DNA of 63,816 bases, filler included, from Elsinoe ampelina (lineage: Eukaryota): NCBI GenBank assembly GCA_010093995.1. It is 32 parts of 32 records of this genome, joined end to end, with 100 filler letters (N's around TTAATTAATTAA, not from the genome) between each part and the next. Parts side by side here need not be neighbours in the genome. Positions count along the whole stretch, not along the records: positions 51,372 to 52,951 come from ML992641.1; positions 53,052 to 54,624 come from ML992642.1; positions 54,725 to 56,256 come from ML992643.1; positions 56,357 to 57,830 come from ML992644.1; positions 57,931 to 59,398 come from ML992645.1; positions 59,499 to 60,895 come from ML992646.1; positions 60,996 to 62,382 come from ML992647.1; 25 more parts are not named here. One strand, 5' to 3'. Each line of letters opens with the position of its first letter. Positions within the stretch are counted from its first letter, which is position 1. Position numbers and translations under genes: made by a program. Below, in pieces: positions 51,466-62,482 of this stretch. Below the pieces are notes generated by a model that searched no databases, was not told the origin of the DNA, and was given only the letters and a program-made list of their open reading frames with translations.

Positions 51466-52951
51466 TATAAAGGCTTAGTATTAGAGTAGCACTTAGTAGC
51501 GGCTAGTCCTACTTACGTAATATACTTAAATATCCTATATAGCGCTTACGCCTAGAGCTTAATAGTAATTAGTTCTACTACTAACGGACTATTTAGTGTA
51601 AGAGTATAGCATTAGGGCGGCACTTAGTAGCGGCTAGTCCCGCTTACGTAACGCACCTAGATATTCTATATAGCGCTTACGCCTAGGGCTTAATAGTAAT
51701 TAGTTCTACTACTAATAGACTATTTAGTTAGATAGGTATTCTTTATATTATAATATACGTAGCTTTAATATAAGGCTTTAATAGTTCTAATTACTCTACT
51801 TATAGTTATAATCTATTAGACTCTATAGACAACTAGAACTCTATTAGTAAGGCGCTAGCGCCTTATATTATCGATATTATAGAGATAGACTCTATCGAGT
51901 AGACTCCTCTAGAGAAAGAAGAGACTCTCGCGGAGTAGCTACTATACCTACGCGCTAAGCGTAAGTATTTAGAGCTAAAGCTCGAAGCTTAGAGCCTTAA
52001 GGAAGAGATTAAGTAAATACACTATATACGCGATATAGAATACTACTAAGTAGGCTTCGACTATAGCTTACGTGCTTCTACTAAGCCTATAGTAAGTAAT
52101 ACTAGTATATAGAGTATATATAGTAGTAGTAGACTATTCGTAAGGCTATTTTCTAGACGACCTTAACTAAGAGAACCTTATCTCTATTAGAGTAAGACTC
52201 TAAAAGAGGCAAGATCCTTCCTAAAGAATCTTAAGGTTATCTTTACTCTAGCCTCTAAGGCTTACTCTACTAACTAGTAGAAGGTGCTATATAAAGTTAT
52301 ATTTCTCGTAGGCGAGCTAGATAAGATATAGTACTACTACTACTATGTAAATAGCCTAGAAAACTATATATAGGAGTAATTCTACTAGTTTATATAGGAC
52401 GTAGTTAATAACTCTATTAATTATAAAGTACGTGTAACTCTTATATATAAGGGAGCCTAATAACGTAAGGGCTAATCTATCTAGGCCTTTACCTTAGAAC
52501 TTACTACCCTTAAGGAGTAACTAGCTCTCTACTCCGAAGAGTAGAGAGTACGCTATCTCCTTACTAAGCTATAGCCTACGCTACGTACTACTATTATTAA
52601 ACACTATACTATTCTAGCTACGTACTAGGAGTTAGTCTCTTTAGGCTTACGTATCGAGTCTATAGACTATACTAGTAGTAAGCGCGCTATATAAGAAAAT
52701 AAAAGTAATTACCTACGTAAGTATAGTAGTTATAGTAGCCCCCGAAAAGGACACTACTACTAGTCTAGCGGCGGCTCTTAAGCTCGCTATAAGCGCGAAG
52801 CTACTAACTTACCTACTAAATAGTTTAGTAGTTAGGGAAGTTTCTCTAACGAGTAAAAGAGAGACGCTAAGTGCTATAGTTATAGTAAAACTAGTTATAT
52901 TAAGCCGGAGTATAGGTCGAAGCACCTATAGAAGAATAGTAAGTCTTAGGC
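51466..52951 (+). mobile_element. Gypsy family B: truncated LTR (51466-51596) interrupted by a full LTR (51597-51810) and gag
   Basis: LTR sequence restarts with TGTAAG at 51597. The gag runs to the CCHC knuckle at ~52870-52915. Confidence 0.83.
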
Positions 52952-53051
52952 NNNNNNNNNNNNNNNNNNNNNNNNNNNNNNNNNNNNNNNNNNNNTTAAT
53001 TAATTAANNNNNNNNNNNNNNNNNNNNNNNNNNNNNNNNNNNNNNNNNNNN

Positions 53052-54505
53052 AGACTAAAGATGCTAGAGCTAGTAAGTATAGTAGATAAGGGGATATAGC
53101 TAATCTTCCTTATAGCTATAATAAGGCTAAAGGATAAACCTAACTTGCTTACTATTATAAATCTTAGGGAGGAAGATCTAAGGATTATAAGGGAAGAGAC
53201 AAGTAGGAAGAACCTAGAGTATAGAGTATTAGAGTATAATAGACAGGATAAAGTAATAGAAGTTAGGAGGGTAGTTAAGTAGAAGCTAAGAGAGTATAAG
53301 CAAGGGAAGATTATTATCTATATTAGGGACATTAGGTAGAGTAACCTAATAGCTAATAATCTTAGAGCTAAGGTCTATAATGCTTAGATTAGGTTAGAGA
53401 AAGTTAAGAGAAGAGTGCTAAGGAGACTTTAGAAAGGGAAAGAGAAGGTATAGGTCGCTAGTAATGCCCTAGGTGTTAGGCTTAATATACCTAACATTAG
53501 GGTAGTTATTTATGTATATATAAGGAGCAAGATAAGGGACTATATCTAGGAAAGTAGTAGGGTAGGCAGGGATAGCTAGAAGAGTAAGGCTATTATTATA
53601 GAAGCTTTAGTAGGGTATAGAAGAGGCAGAATTCGACTAGGAAGAGGCTATATAAAGGCTAAGATAAAGAAGTACCTTAGTAGGGACTCCTATAGGCGAA
53701 AGGTCATTAATAGGGAGATAGATAGTAAAGGCAACAGACTAGGGTATAAGATTAAAGAGCTAAGGTATAATATATGTTAGAGAGTGTTAGTAGGCCCTAA
53801 GAGAAGAAGGATTATAGTGTAGAATTCTAGGGACTACCTAAGTCTAGGCTAGCTTTAGGGACATTAGGAGAAAGTTATCTAGAGTAGAGAGAGTTTATAT
53901 AGCACATAGGGAGTATAGGACTTAGTAGATATAGAGAGAAAGAAGCAGGAACTATCTAGGAAGATTATAGAGTTATAGAGGTAGAAGGTAGCCCTTAGGG
54001 AGAGAGAGGAAGCCTTAGGGATTATTAGTGCAGCTTAGGAGAATATTAAAATATTAGAAGAGAAGCTTAAGGATTAGCTAGAGTTCCCTAGGCATTCTAC
54101 TCCCGAGCTAGCTATCTCTATAGAAGGAGGCGACGCTAATAGTACATAGAATAGAAGTCTAGAATTAGGCAAGGGGCCTATAGCAATTATAAATAGAGTT
54201 AGGCTAGACAGTAATAAGGATAACTTAAGTAATAAGTTTAAGAGTTAGGTAAGCATATCTAAGAATCTACTAAACATAATAGAAACTCTAGAGTACTAGG
54301 ATTAGGTTTAGTAGAGATATAAGTATATTCTTAAGGAGAGAAAGAGGATTAAGAGGAGACTAGAGAGTAGAGAGGTTATAGAGTAGCTAGAGATAAAGCT
54401 AAGAGCCTAGAGGTCTAGCTGTCTATTCTATAAGGTTAAGGGCAGGTATAAGTCTTAGAATTATATATAGCCTTTATATAGTAGAATGTCTTAGGTAGAG
54501 AGAGC
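53052..54505 (+). pseudogene. RIP-mutated telomere-linked RecQ helicase, C-terminal half
   Basis: 53052-53349 aligns without gaps to 57533-57830 with C>T/G>A changes. De-RIP motif V VASNALG.GLD.PDIRVVIH, motif VI YIQESGRAGRDG and a RecQ zinc-binding CRR...C...CDVC. Confidence 0.92.
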
Positions 54506-54624
54506 TTAGGGTTAGGGTTAGGGTTAAGTTCTTAGGGTTAGGGTTAGGGTTAGGGTTAGGGTTAGGGTTAGGGTTAGGGTTAGGGTTAGGGTTAGGGTTA
54601 GGGTTAGGGTTAGGGTTAGGGTTA
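54506..54624 (+). repeat. Telomeric repeat (TTAGGG)n
   Basis: Three units, one variant (TTAAGTTC, 54524-54531), then 15 perfect units to the contig end. Confidence 0.97.
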
Positions 54625-54724
54625 NNNNNNNNNNNNNNNNNNNNNNNNNNNNNNNNNNNNNNNNNNNNTTAATTAATTAANNNNNNNNNNNNNNNNNNNN
54701 NNNNNNNNNNNNNNNNNNNNNNNN

Positions 54725-55829
54725 TTATAGTTAATTATTAGATAGCCAAATTAAAACTAGTAGACGTATAGTTCTTACTTGCTAAAGGGTACACCGACTG
54801 TGCTATTTATGCCACTACTAAGGTAGCTAGAGCTATAATCTACCAAATTTAACTATCCCTTAAGTTCTTTAGCACTCCTTATCCTCCTATTAAAGCTTAC
54901 GTACTACGCTCTTATACTCTTACCCCTTTCTTAGAAGATGTAAGTCCTTTATAGCTAAGCTCTTTCTATGCTAACCTATCTAAGGAGGTAATAGCCTACC
55001 TAAACGATATCTCTACTGCTTATCTTAACGAAGTTTAAGCCTTCTTAAGGGAGGTATATAATCGCTAGGTGTACTTAAGCACAATCTAGTACACGATCTA
55101 GCGCCGGCGGTAGTCTCGAAAGGTAGCTAAGAAGGTAGCGGCTAAAAGAGATATAATACTTAGGGCGAATTAGACTCGAAGGTATATACTTTAGCCGGTC
55201 GATAGGATCGTTTATATTAACAAGTCGGCTTGTAATAAGCACACGGCGTAGAGGAGGTATAGGTAGGCGCCCGTTAGTAAGGAGTGTATAGATATCTAGC
55301 TAAAGTAGCGTAGTAAGAGGTAGAGCGTGTTACTAGCTATTACTATTAATAGCTATCTCCCTAGTACCTTAATCCACTATAGATTAATTACTAGTAAGAT
55401 CTTCATTAGCTAGCTAATAGATATAATAATACTAGAGCTTCTAGCTAGCATAATCTTCGTTATAGATAATGCTTTAATTCACCGGAGCGATAAGGTAAAG
55501 GAGCTAGTATAAGAGTATAGAAGTTACCTTAAATATCTACTGCCCTATTCGCTAGATTTTAATTCTATTAAGTAATCCTTCTCGGTGCTAAAGGCGTAGG
55601 TAAAGCAATACTATAATCTAGTCGCTAGGTACGAGAAATACGCTAATTTCTTAGAGCTAGCTATTAACTCGTATAGCGGACTATACGCTAAGGCGTACTT
55701 TAAGAGCTATAGATATAGCGTAAGGTTATAGGGGATCTATTTAGTACGTAAGAAATTGCTTATATTAAATAAGTTTAATGCTAAGACCTAGTAAAAACTC
55801 TTTACTACTACTACGACTACTCTATACTA
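54725..55829 (+). mobile_element. Tc1/mariner-IS630 superfamily DD34E transposon, RIP-mutated
   Basis: De-RIP IVYIDES at ~55207-55227, FVMDNASIH at ~55456-55482 and YLPPYSPDFNPIE at ~55534-55572, with 34 residues between the second D and the E. Probable 3' terminal repeat ending ACT(G>A) plus TA at ~55826-55831. Confidence 0.87.
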
Positions 55830-56356
55830 TATATGTACTACTCCGAGTTAGATAAACTAAGTCTAGTTTAGCAGCCGAACTAGATTAACATCTATCTTAG
55901 CCGCCGAGCTAGTTAAATTGTCTATCGCGCTACGTAAATTAGTATCCATGTCGGCTGCTATAAACTAGGCAAAAGTACCTATTTCGACTGCCGAGATAGT
56001 AAGGTATCTAACTCGCTTAATTCGATCTAGCTCGTGTAACTATCTTAGAGCAATACTAGCGCTTAAAAGGGCTAATTTAGCTTTGAATCTAGTATAGAAG
56101 GCCTTTATTAAAGGCCTAGGTATCCCTCTACCTATCCGAGCGTATACCTCTTACGCCGTCGAGGTTGTAATTCTCCTTCTTTAGCTTAAATTTAACCTAA
56201 TCTAGCACCTAAATATCCCTTTTAAAGCTTCTCTTTCTCTTTATCTACTTAAAGAANNNNNNNNNNNNNNNNNNNNNNNNNNNNNNNNNNNNNNNNNNNN
56301 TTAATTAATTAANNNNNNNNNNNNNNNNNNNNNNNNNNNNNNNNNNNNNNNNNNNN

Positions 56357-57830
56357 CCTCAGGAAGTCAGCCAGTTGGTGGTATATTATCTCTGGCTTAT
56401 AAGACCTTTCAGTAGGCAGCTGGATGGCTTCTGGAGGGGCAACTATGAGGACAGTGGGTATCTCTGGGAGCCAGAACCTGAGGCTGAGTGGAGTGATGAG
56501 GAGGCAGAAGATCATGGCTCCAGGTCTGACAGGGGAGAACTCATGGATGTCACTGGTTGGGATGAAGGGGTAGGAGGGTCAGCAGAGACCTCACCACCAG
56601 GACTGCCAGCTGGACAGCCTAAGAACCTTGATGGATTCTGGAGCACTAATAGGAGAAGAAGAGTACTCAGCAGGGAGACTTCTAGTCGCATGGGGGCCAG
56701 GATTACCATGGCATCCTGGAGGCAGGTCTACCCTGCTATCCAGAGGAACTATACTAGGGATGTATCTGCCAGGGCCGTCCTAGATGATCTGTTCACCCAT
56801 GAAGAGGGGGCTTGGGCAAAGGGCTCGACAGGAAAGGGCAAAGAACTGTCCCTGAACATCAGGGAAGAGCAGTCAGGCCATAGTAAGTGGATGGAAGAGT
56901 TAGTGTATGGGATCCTCTACTCTGAGTCTCCTAACAGTACCCTGTCAGAAAGGGAAGACTTCAGGAAGGTCAGTGTAGATTGGCACAAGTTCCTGGGCTT
57001 CTCTTCTGCACTGGAAGATCCTGTTGAAGGCTCTGAGGCCAGGAGACAAGAAGAACTTCGGCTTAAGGCAGACCAGTTCCTTCGCTGGAAGAAGATCAGG
57101 GCCATCCAGCTCACCCAGGCACTGCATCAACTCCATGGGCCAGGTGCTGTATTCCGGGGCCTACAGAAGAAGGCCCTAAAGGCCATTATTGAGGGAGAGC
57201 GGAGGCTCATGGTGATCATGGGCACAGGAAAGGGGAAGAGCTTGTTGTTCATGCTACCAGTAAAGGCAGTCCCTGGGGGCCTGACAGTGGTCATTGTTCC
57301 CCTTGTCTCCCTGAAGGATGATCTGAAGAGAAGGTGTGATCAGTCTGGCATCAGGAGTGCTGAATGGTCCAGTAAGAAGCATGCCTTCCAGGCAGACATC
57401 ATCTTTGTTGTCCCAGAATCAGCTGTCACCAAGGAATTCCAGAGGTTCCTAGAGTCCAGGAAGCTTACAGGTGGGGTGGACAGGATCATCCTTGACGAGT
57501 GTCATATGCTCCTGGACTCCCTTACAGGCTGGAGACCAAAGATGCTGGAGCTGGTAAGCATGGTAGACAAGGGGATACAGCTGATCTTCCTTACAGCCAC
57601 AATGAGGCCAAAGGATGAACCTGACTTGCTTGCCATCATGAATCTCAGGGAGGAAGATCTGAGGATCATGAGGGAAGAGACAAGTAGGAAGAACCTGGAG
57701 TACAGGGTATTGGAGTATAACAGACAGGATGAAGTGATGGAAGTCAGGAGGGTGGTTGAGCAGAAGCTGAGAGAGTATGAGCAAGGGAAGATCATCATCT
57801 ATGTCAGGGACATCAGGCAGGGTGACCTGA
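56357..57830 (+). CDS. Telomere-linked RecQ helicase, central fragment with helicase motifs Q, I, Ia, II, III and IV
   Basis: Open throughout. FRGLQKKAL, MGTGKGKS, VIVPLVSL, DECH, LTAT, IIYV. Confidence 0.93.
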
Positions 57831-57930
57831 NNNNNNNNNNNNNNNNNNNNNNNNNNNNNNNNNNNNNNNNNNNNTTAATTAATTAANNNNNNNNNNNNNN
57901 NNNNNNNNNNNNNNNNNNNNNNNNNNNNNN

Positions 57931-59398
57931 TATCTACTAATAGTATTAGACCTAATCTAAAGAAGATTAAGTTAGTAAATAACTAGCTAGAACCTATAAT
58001 AGTTAAGGAGGTTTAAGCGCTACTAGGATTCTTTAACTACTACTATAAATTTGTTAAAGGATTCTCTAAAGTAGCTACGCTAATATCTAACCTTACGAAA
58101 AAGAAAACTAGCTTTATCTTTAACAAAAATTGTAGGTAGGCCTTTAAGGAGCTAAAGCTTAGACTTATAATAGTACCTGTCCTAGTACTCTTTAACCTAG
58201 ACCGATAAGTACTACTAGAAACAAATACCTTAGACTTTATAATAGAAGTATATCTAGTATAAAAGGATGCGGAAGAATAATGCTACTTAATTATATACTA
58301 CTTACGAAAAATAACTAGACCTAAACTTAACTATAATATATATAATAAGGAATTACTTATAATTATAGAAGTGTTCTACGAATAGAGAGTATACCTAGAA
58401 GAGATAACCTTACTAGTACAAGTCTATACTAACTATAAGAACCTTTTATATTAGATAATAACTAAGGTTCTTAATAGATAATAGGTTCGATAGTTAGAAA
58501 CACTTATAAGCTATAACTTTTAGATCTACTATATTAAGGAATTAGAGAATAGTAGAGTAGACGCTCTTAGCCAACAACTAGACTACTTAAAGAATATAAT
58601 AATAATAGAGGCCTCTATACTAAAGTAGTAAGATAGCGCTTTAGTCTATAAGTACTCGAAGATAGAGTAGTTATATAGCCTTACCTAGGAGCTTATATAA
58701 GAATAGAAAAAAGAAGTTATTTAAATATACTATAATAACTTAATAGCGGGACATAGCGGGATTAATAAGACTATTAAACTTATTATATAAAACTACCTCT
58801 AGAAAGAACTCCGAAACGATATTAAGATATATATTACTATATACGATATATACTATAAGTCTAAACACTCTCGATATAAACTATATAGCCTACTATAACC
58901 TTTACTACCACTAGATAAACTATAGTAATTAGTTATAATAGACTTTATAGGACCTCTACTACTATTAGAAGAGCTTCTTATAGGTATAAAGTATAATAGT
59001 ATTCTAGTTCTAGTAGATAGATTTATAAAATATTACTACTTTATACTATATAAGATAATAGTAACTACCGAGGATATAGCCTTTATCTTCCTCCGAATAA
59101 TTATTTTATAACATAGAGTACTATAAGACCTAATAACTAATAGAGATAAGCTATTTACGTTATAATTCTAGTAATTATTTATAGACTTACTAGGAGTTAA
59201 ATATAAGCTATTAACTTCCTTCTATCTATAAACGAATAGATAAACTAAATAAGTAAATTAAGTACTAGAGTAGTACCTATAATGCTACCTAAACTATAAG
59301 TAAGACTTATAGATAATACTACTACTACTTATAGAGCTCGCTATTAACAATAGAAAGTTAGTAAATAGAATTTTACTATTCTATATAAACTATAGAAT
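57931..59398 (+). mobile_element. Gypsy family F RT end, RNase H and integrase, RIP-mutated
   Basis: De-RIP ETDASDF, NYD.HDKELL.I and KLSTSFHPQTDGQTERVNQ. The last ~25 nt match the start of 25159. Confidence 0.88.
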
Positions 59399-59498
59399 NN
59401 NNNNNNNNNNNNNNNNNNNNNNNNNNNNNNNNNNNNNNNNNNTTAATTAATTAANNNNNNNNNNNNNNNNNNNNNNNNNNNNNNNNNNNNNNNNNNNN

Positions 59499-60083
59499 AG
59501 ACATGTCGTTAATAGTAAGCTTTTCTAGCTTACTAGTAATCGAAGATACTAATAGTAACTTAGAGCAAGAGTTACTTATTAACCTCGTAGCGTGCTATAC
59601 TATAGTAAGAGTAGTTAAAATGTTATAAACCGTCTAAATATAGCCTACACTAGTAGTCTAAGCTAAGCTAGGAACAAGGTAGTTTTACTTCTATAGTAGT
59701 ATAGTACTAAGGTAAGAGTCGAAGAAGGTATATCTTATAGATAATAAAGTATAATTAGATAGTATTATAAAGGCTAGCCTTAGTAATACTAGTGTTTACT
59801 ATCTAGACGAGGTTAACTATAGTACTTATATAAGGTAAGAACTGTTCCTATATATATATATTCTCTATTGTGTTCTCTATATACTCTTTATACTCTATAG
59901 CGAGAGTCGGGAGTAATATAGAGTACATGTCCGCTAGTAACCTATGTGCTTTATAGTTTTAGAGGTAGAGCCGCTAGAGAAGATAGAGAACTAAGTAAAT
60001 GTTAAGCTAGGTCACGTAATAATCTCGGCAGCTTAATTAGTCCTAACGTCTCTATATTCTAGCTGTCCTACTAGTTCGTAACA
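59499..60083 (-). mobile_element. Gypsy family F 5' LTR (59621-60083) and gag start
   Basis: 463-bp LTR with TGTTACGAAC/GTT(C>T)(G>A)TAACA inverted termini. The gag ATG lies at the contig edge. Confidence 0.87.
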
Positions 60084-60895
60084 CTATAATAACAAAAAAC
60101 TAGTAAGTTATTACCTAATAAGGTAAGATAATAACACTAGCTAAAGCCTTAGTATAATAAAGATCTATATATTAAATTACTTTATACTAGAAATCTAGAT
60201 ATAAGGAAATAAGATAAAAGTAATAATAGATTTAGAAGCTAACTATAGCTACGTCTCTATAACAGTTACTAATTAGCTTAAACCTTATTAATATTAGAAG
60301 GAGTTACCTTACCTACTTACTATAGTAGATAGAACCTCTATAGAGAAGAATAGGAAAGTTACTTAGAAACTATAAAACGTTATAATTTAAATCGAAACAC
60401 ATATAGAAAGATAATTAATAAATATAGTTAATATATAGTATAATATAGTACTTAGTATAGACTAGCTTTAATAACATAATCTAGACATAGACTAGATTAA
60501 AGAAATACTCGAATTTCCTAAGTATAATTATAGAACATAGGGAGTATAATTAGCTCTGCGGATACTAACTATAAGAATAGTATAAGTATAACTAATAGTT
60601 AGAGCTATTACTAGCGTAAGTAATTAAGTACTTCTACTAGGATATAAAGACTTTAAGGACTTATTTAAAGAAAGAGAAGATATTATAGCCTTACTCTAAT
60701 ATAAACTATAGAATTATAAAATACTCTTTAAAGAGAGTAAATCTCTAATACACTATTAAGGTCTTATACTACTATCGAAATAAGAAAAGAACATCCTTAA
60801 GAACTATATTAATAAGTACTTACTTAAAGGATTTATATAACTATTAAAATTACCTATTACGTATAGAGTGCTTTTTATACCTAAAAAGAATAGAA
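60084..60895 (+). mobile_element. Gypsy family F gag/pol junction, protease and RT start
   Basis: Matches 22535-22748, then de-RIP VLGMDWL..HNPDIDW and LFVPKK. Confidence 0.87.
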
Positions 60896-60995
60896 NNNNN
60901 NNNNNNNNNNNNNNNNNNNNNNNNNNNNNNNNNNNNNNNTTAATTAATTAANNNNNNNNNNNNNNNNNNNNNNNNNNNNNNNNNNNNNNNNNNNN

Positions 60996-62382
60996 CAAGC
61001 GTAGAAATAGCTAGCCCCTAGTAATACTACTTAGGTAAGGAGCTTTATTCGTTTCTATAGCTACTACTACTGCTTTATTAAGGGATTTAGTACTATTACT
61101 AAGCTATTAAACGACTTACTTAAGAAGGACGCCGCGCTATAGAACGATAAATATACCGCTGCCTTTAACTATATAAAGTACACTATTATAAGTGTACCTA
61201 TCCTTACGTATTTCGATTACTTAAAGTAGATAGTCCTCGAGACTAACGCTTCTAATACTACTACTATAGGAATTCTATTATAATATAATAAGTCTAACGT
61301 CCTCTAGCCTATTACCTTTTTTAGTAAGTCTATAAACAAAGCTAAGCGTAACTATACTATCTACGACAAGGAGCTACTAGCTATCGTCTAAGCCTTCGAG
61401 GAGTAGGCCCCTAAGCTTATAAGCACTTAATCTAATAAGGCTATCTACGTCCTTACCGACTACTAATCCTTAATATACTTTATAAAGACTTAAAAGCTAT
61501 TACGCCGCTAAGCACGCTAGGCCCTCTACCTTACTTAGTTTAACTTTAAAATTATATATAGGCCTAGCGTTACTAACGGTAAAGCCGACGCCCTTATAAG
61601 GAGGAATAGAGACGTACTACGCTCGAAGGAGAACCCTAACTTACGCTAGACACTATTACTACATAAAGTGCTCGATTAGCACATTATTAACAAACTAAAT
61701 CTAGGTCGCGTCCGAACTAGATTCGCGACTTAAGCTAAACTAAGAACTAGTTCGTTGTCTAGTTTACTACCTATACTACTATCTAGTTTAGCCTTTAAAC
61801 TAGGACCTAGTTTAGGAACTAGTTCGCTGCCTATTTTAGCTTACGAGCTAGGCACTTATATAGTACCTATTTCGACCTTAGGAGAGTAAACTTTACTATT
61901 GTTTAACGAAGTAGCTAAAGCTAACTTATAAGACTCTAACTTTAAAATAGTCCGTAGTATCTACTATATTATAGAGGCCTTCCTAAAGAGGAAATAGCTA
62001 CTATTAACTAATATTACGATCGAGAGAAGAATACTATAGGCCGATAGCCGATTAATTATGCCTTTCTCTATAGCTATAAAAGTTATCTAAGAGGTTTATA
62101 TATTAAAAGACTACATATACGGGGGAGCTACTAAGACATCTACTATAATTAAAACTACCTTCTATATTCCTAGATACAATAGTAATATAAAGAGGTTTAT
62201 TGCTAACTACTATAACTATAAATAGTTAAAGGCTCGCTATAGCCTACTAGCTAGTCTCCTCTCTCTATTGCCTATTCCGGTTAGACTATAGCAACATATT
62301 ACTATAAACTTCATTACTAGTCTACCCTTAGTAGATAGCTATAACGTAGTACTCTATATCGTCGACTACCTATCTAAGGAAT
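60996..62382 (+). mobile_element. Gypsy family A RNase H, linker and integrase N-terminus, RIP-mutated
   Basis: Matches 45525-46068 and the reverse complement of 27685-29070. Confidence 0.87.
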
Positions 62383-62482
62383 NNNNNNNNNNNNNNNNNN
62401 NNNNNNNNNNNNNNNNNNNNNNNNNNTTAATTAATTAANNNNNNNNNNNNNNNNNNNNNNNNNNNNNNNNNNNNNNNNNNNN

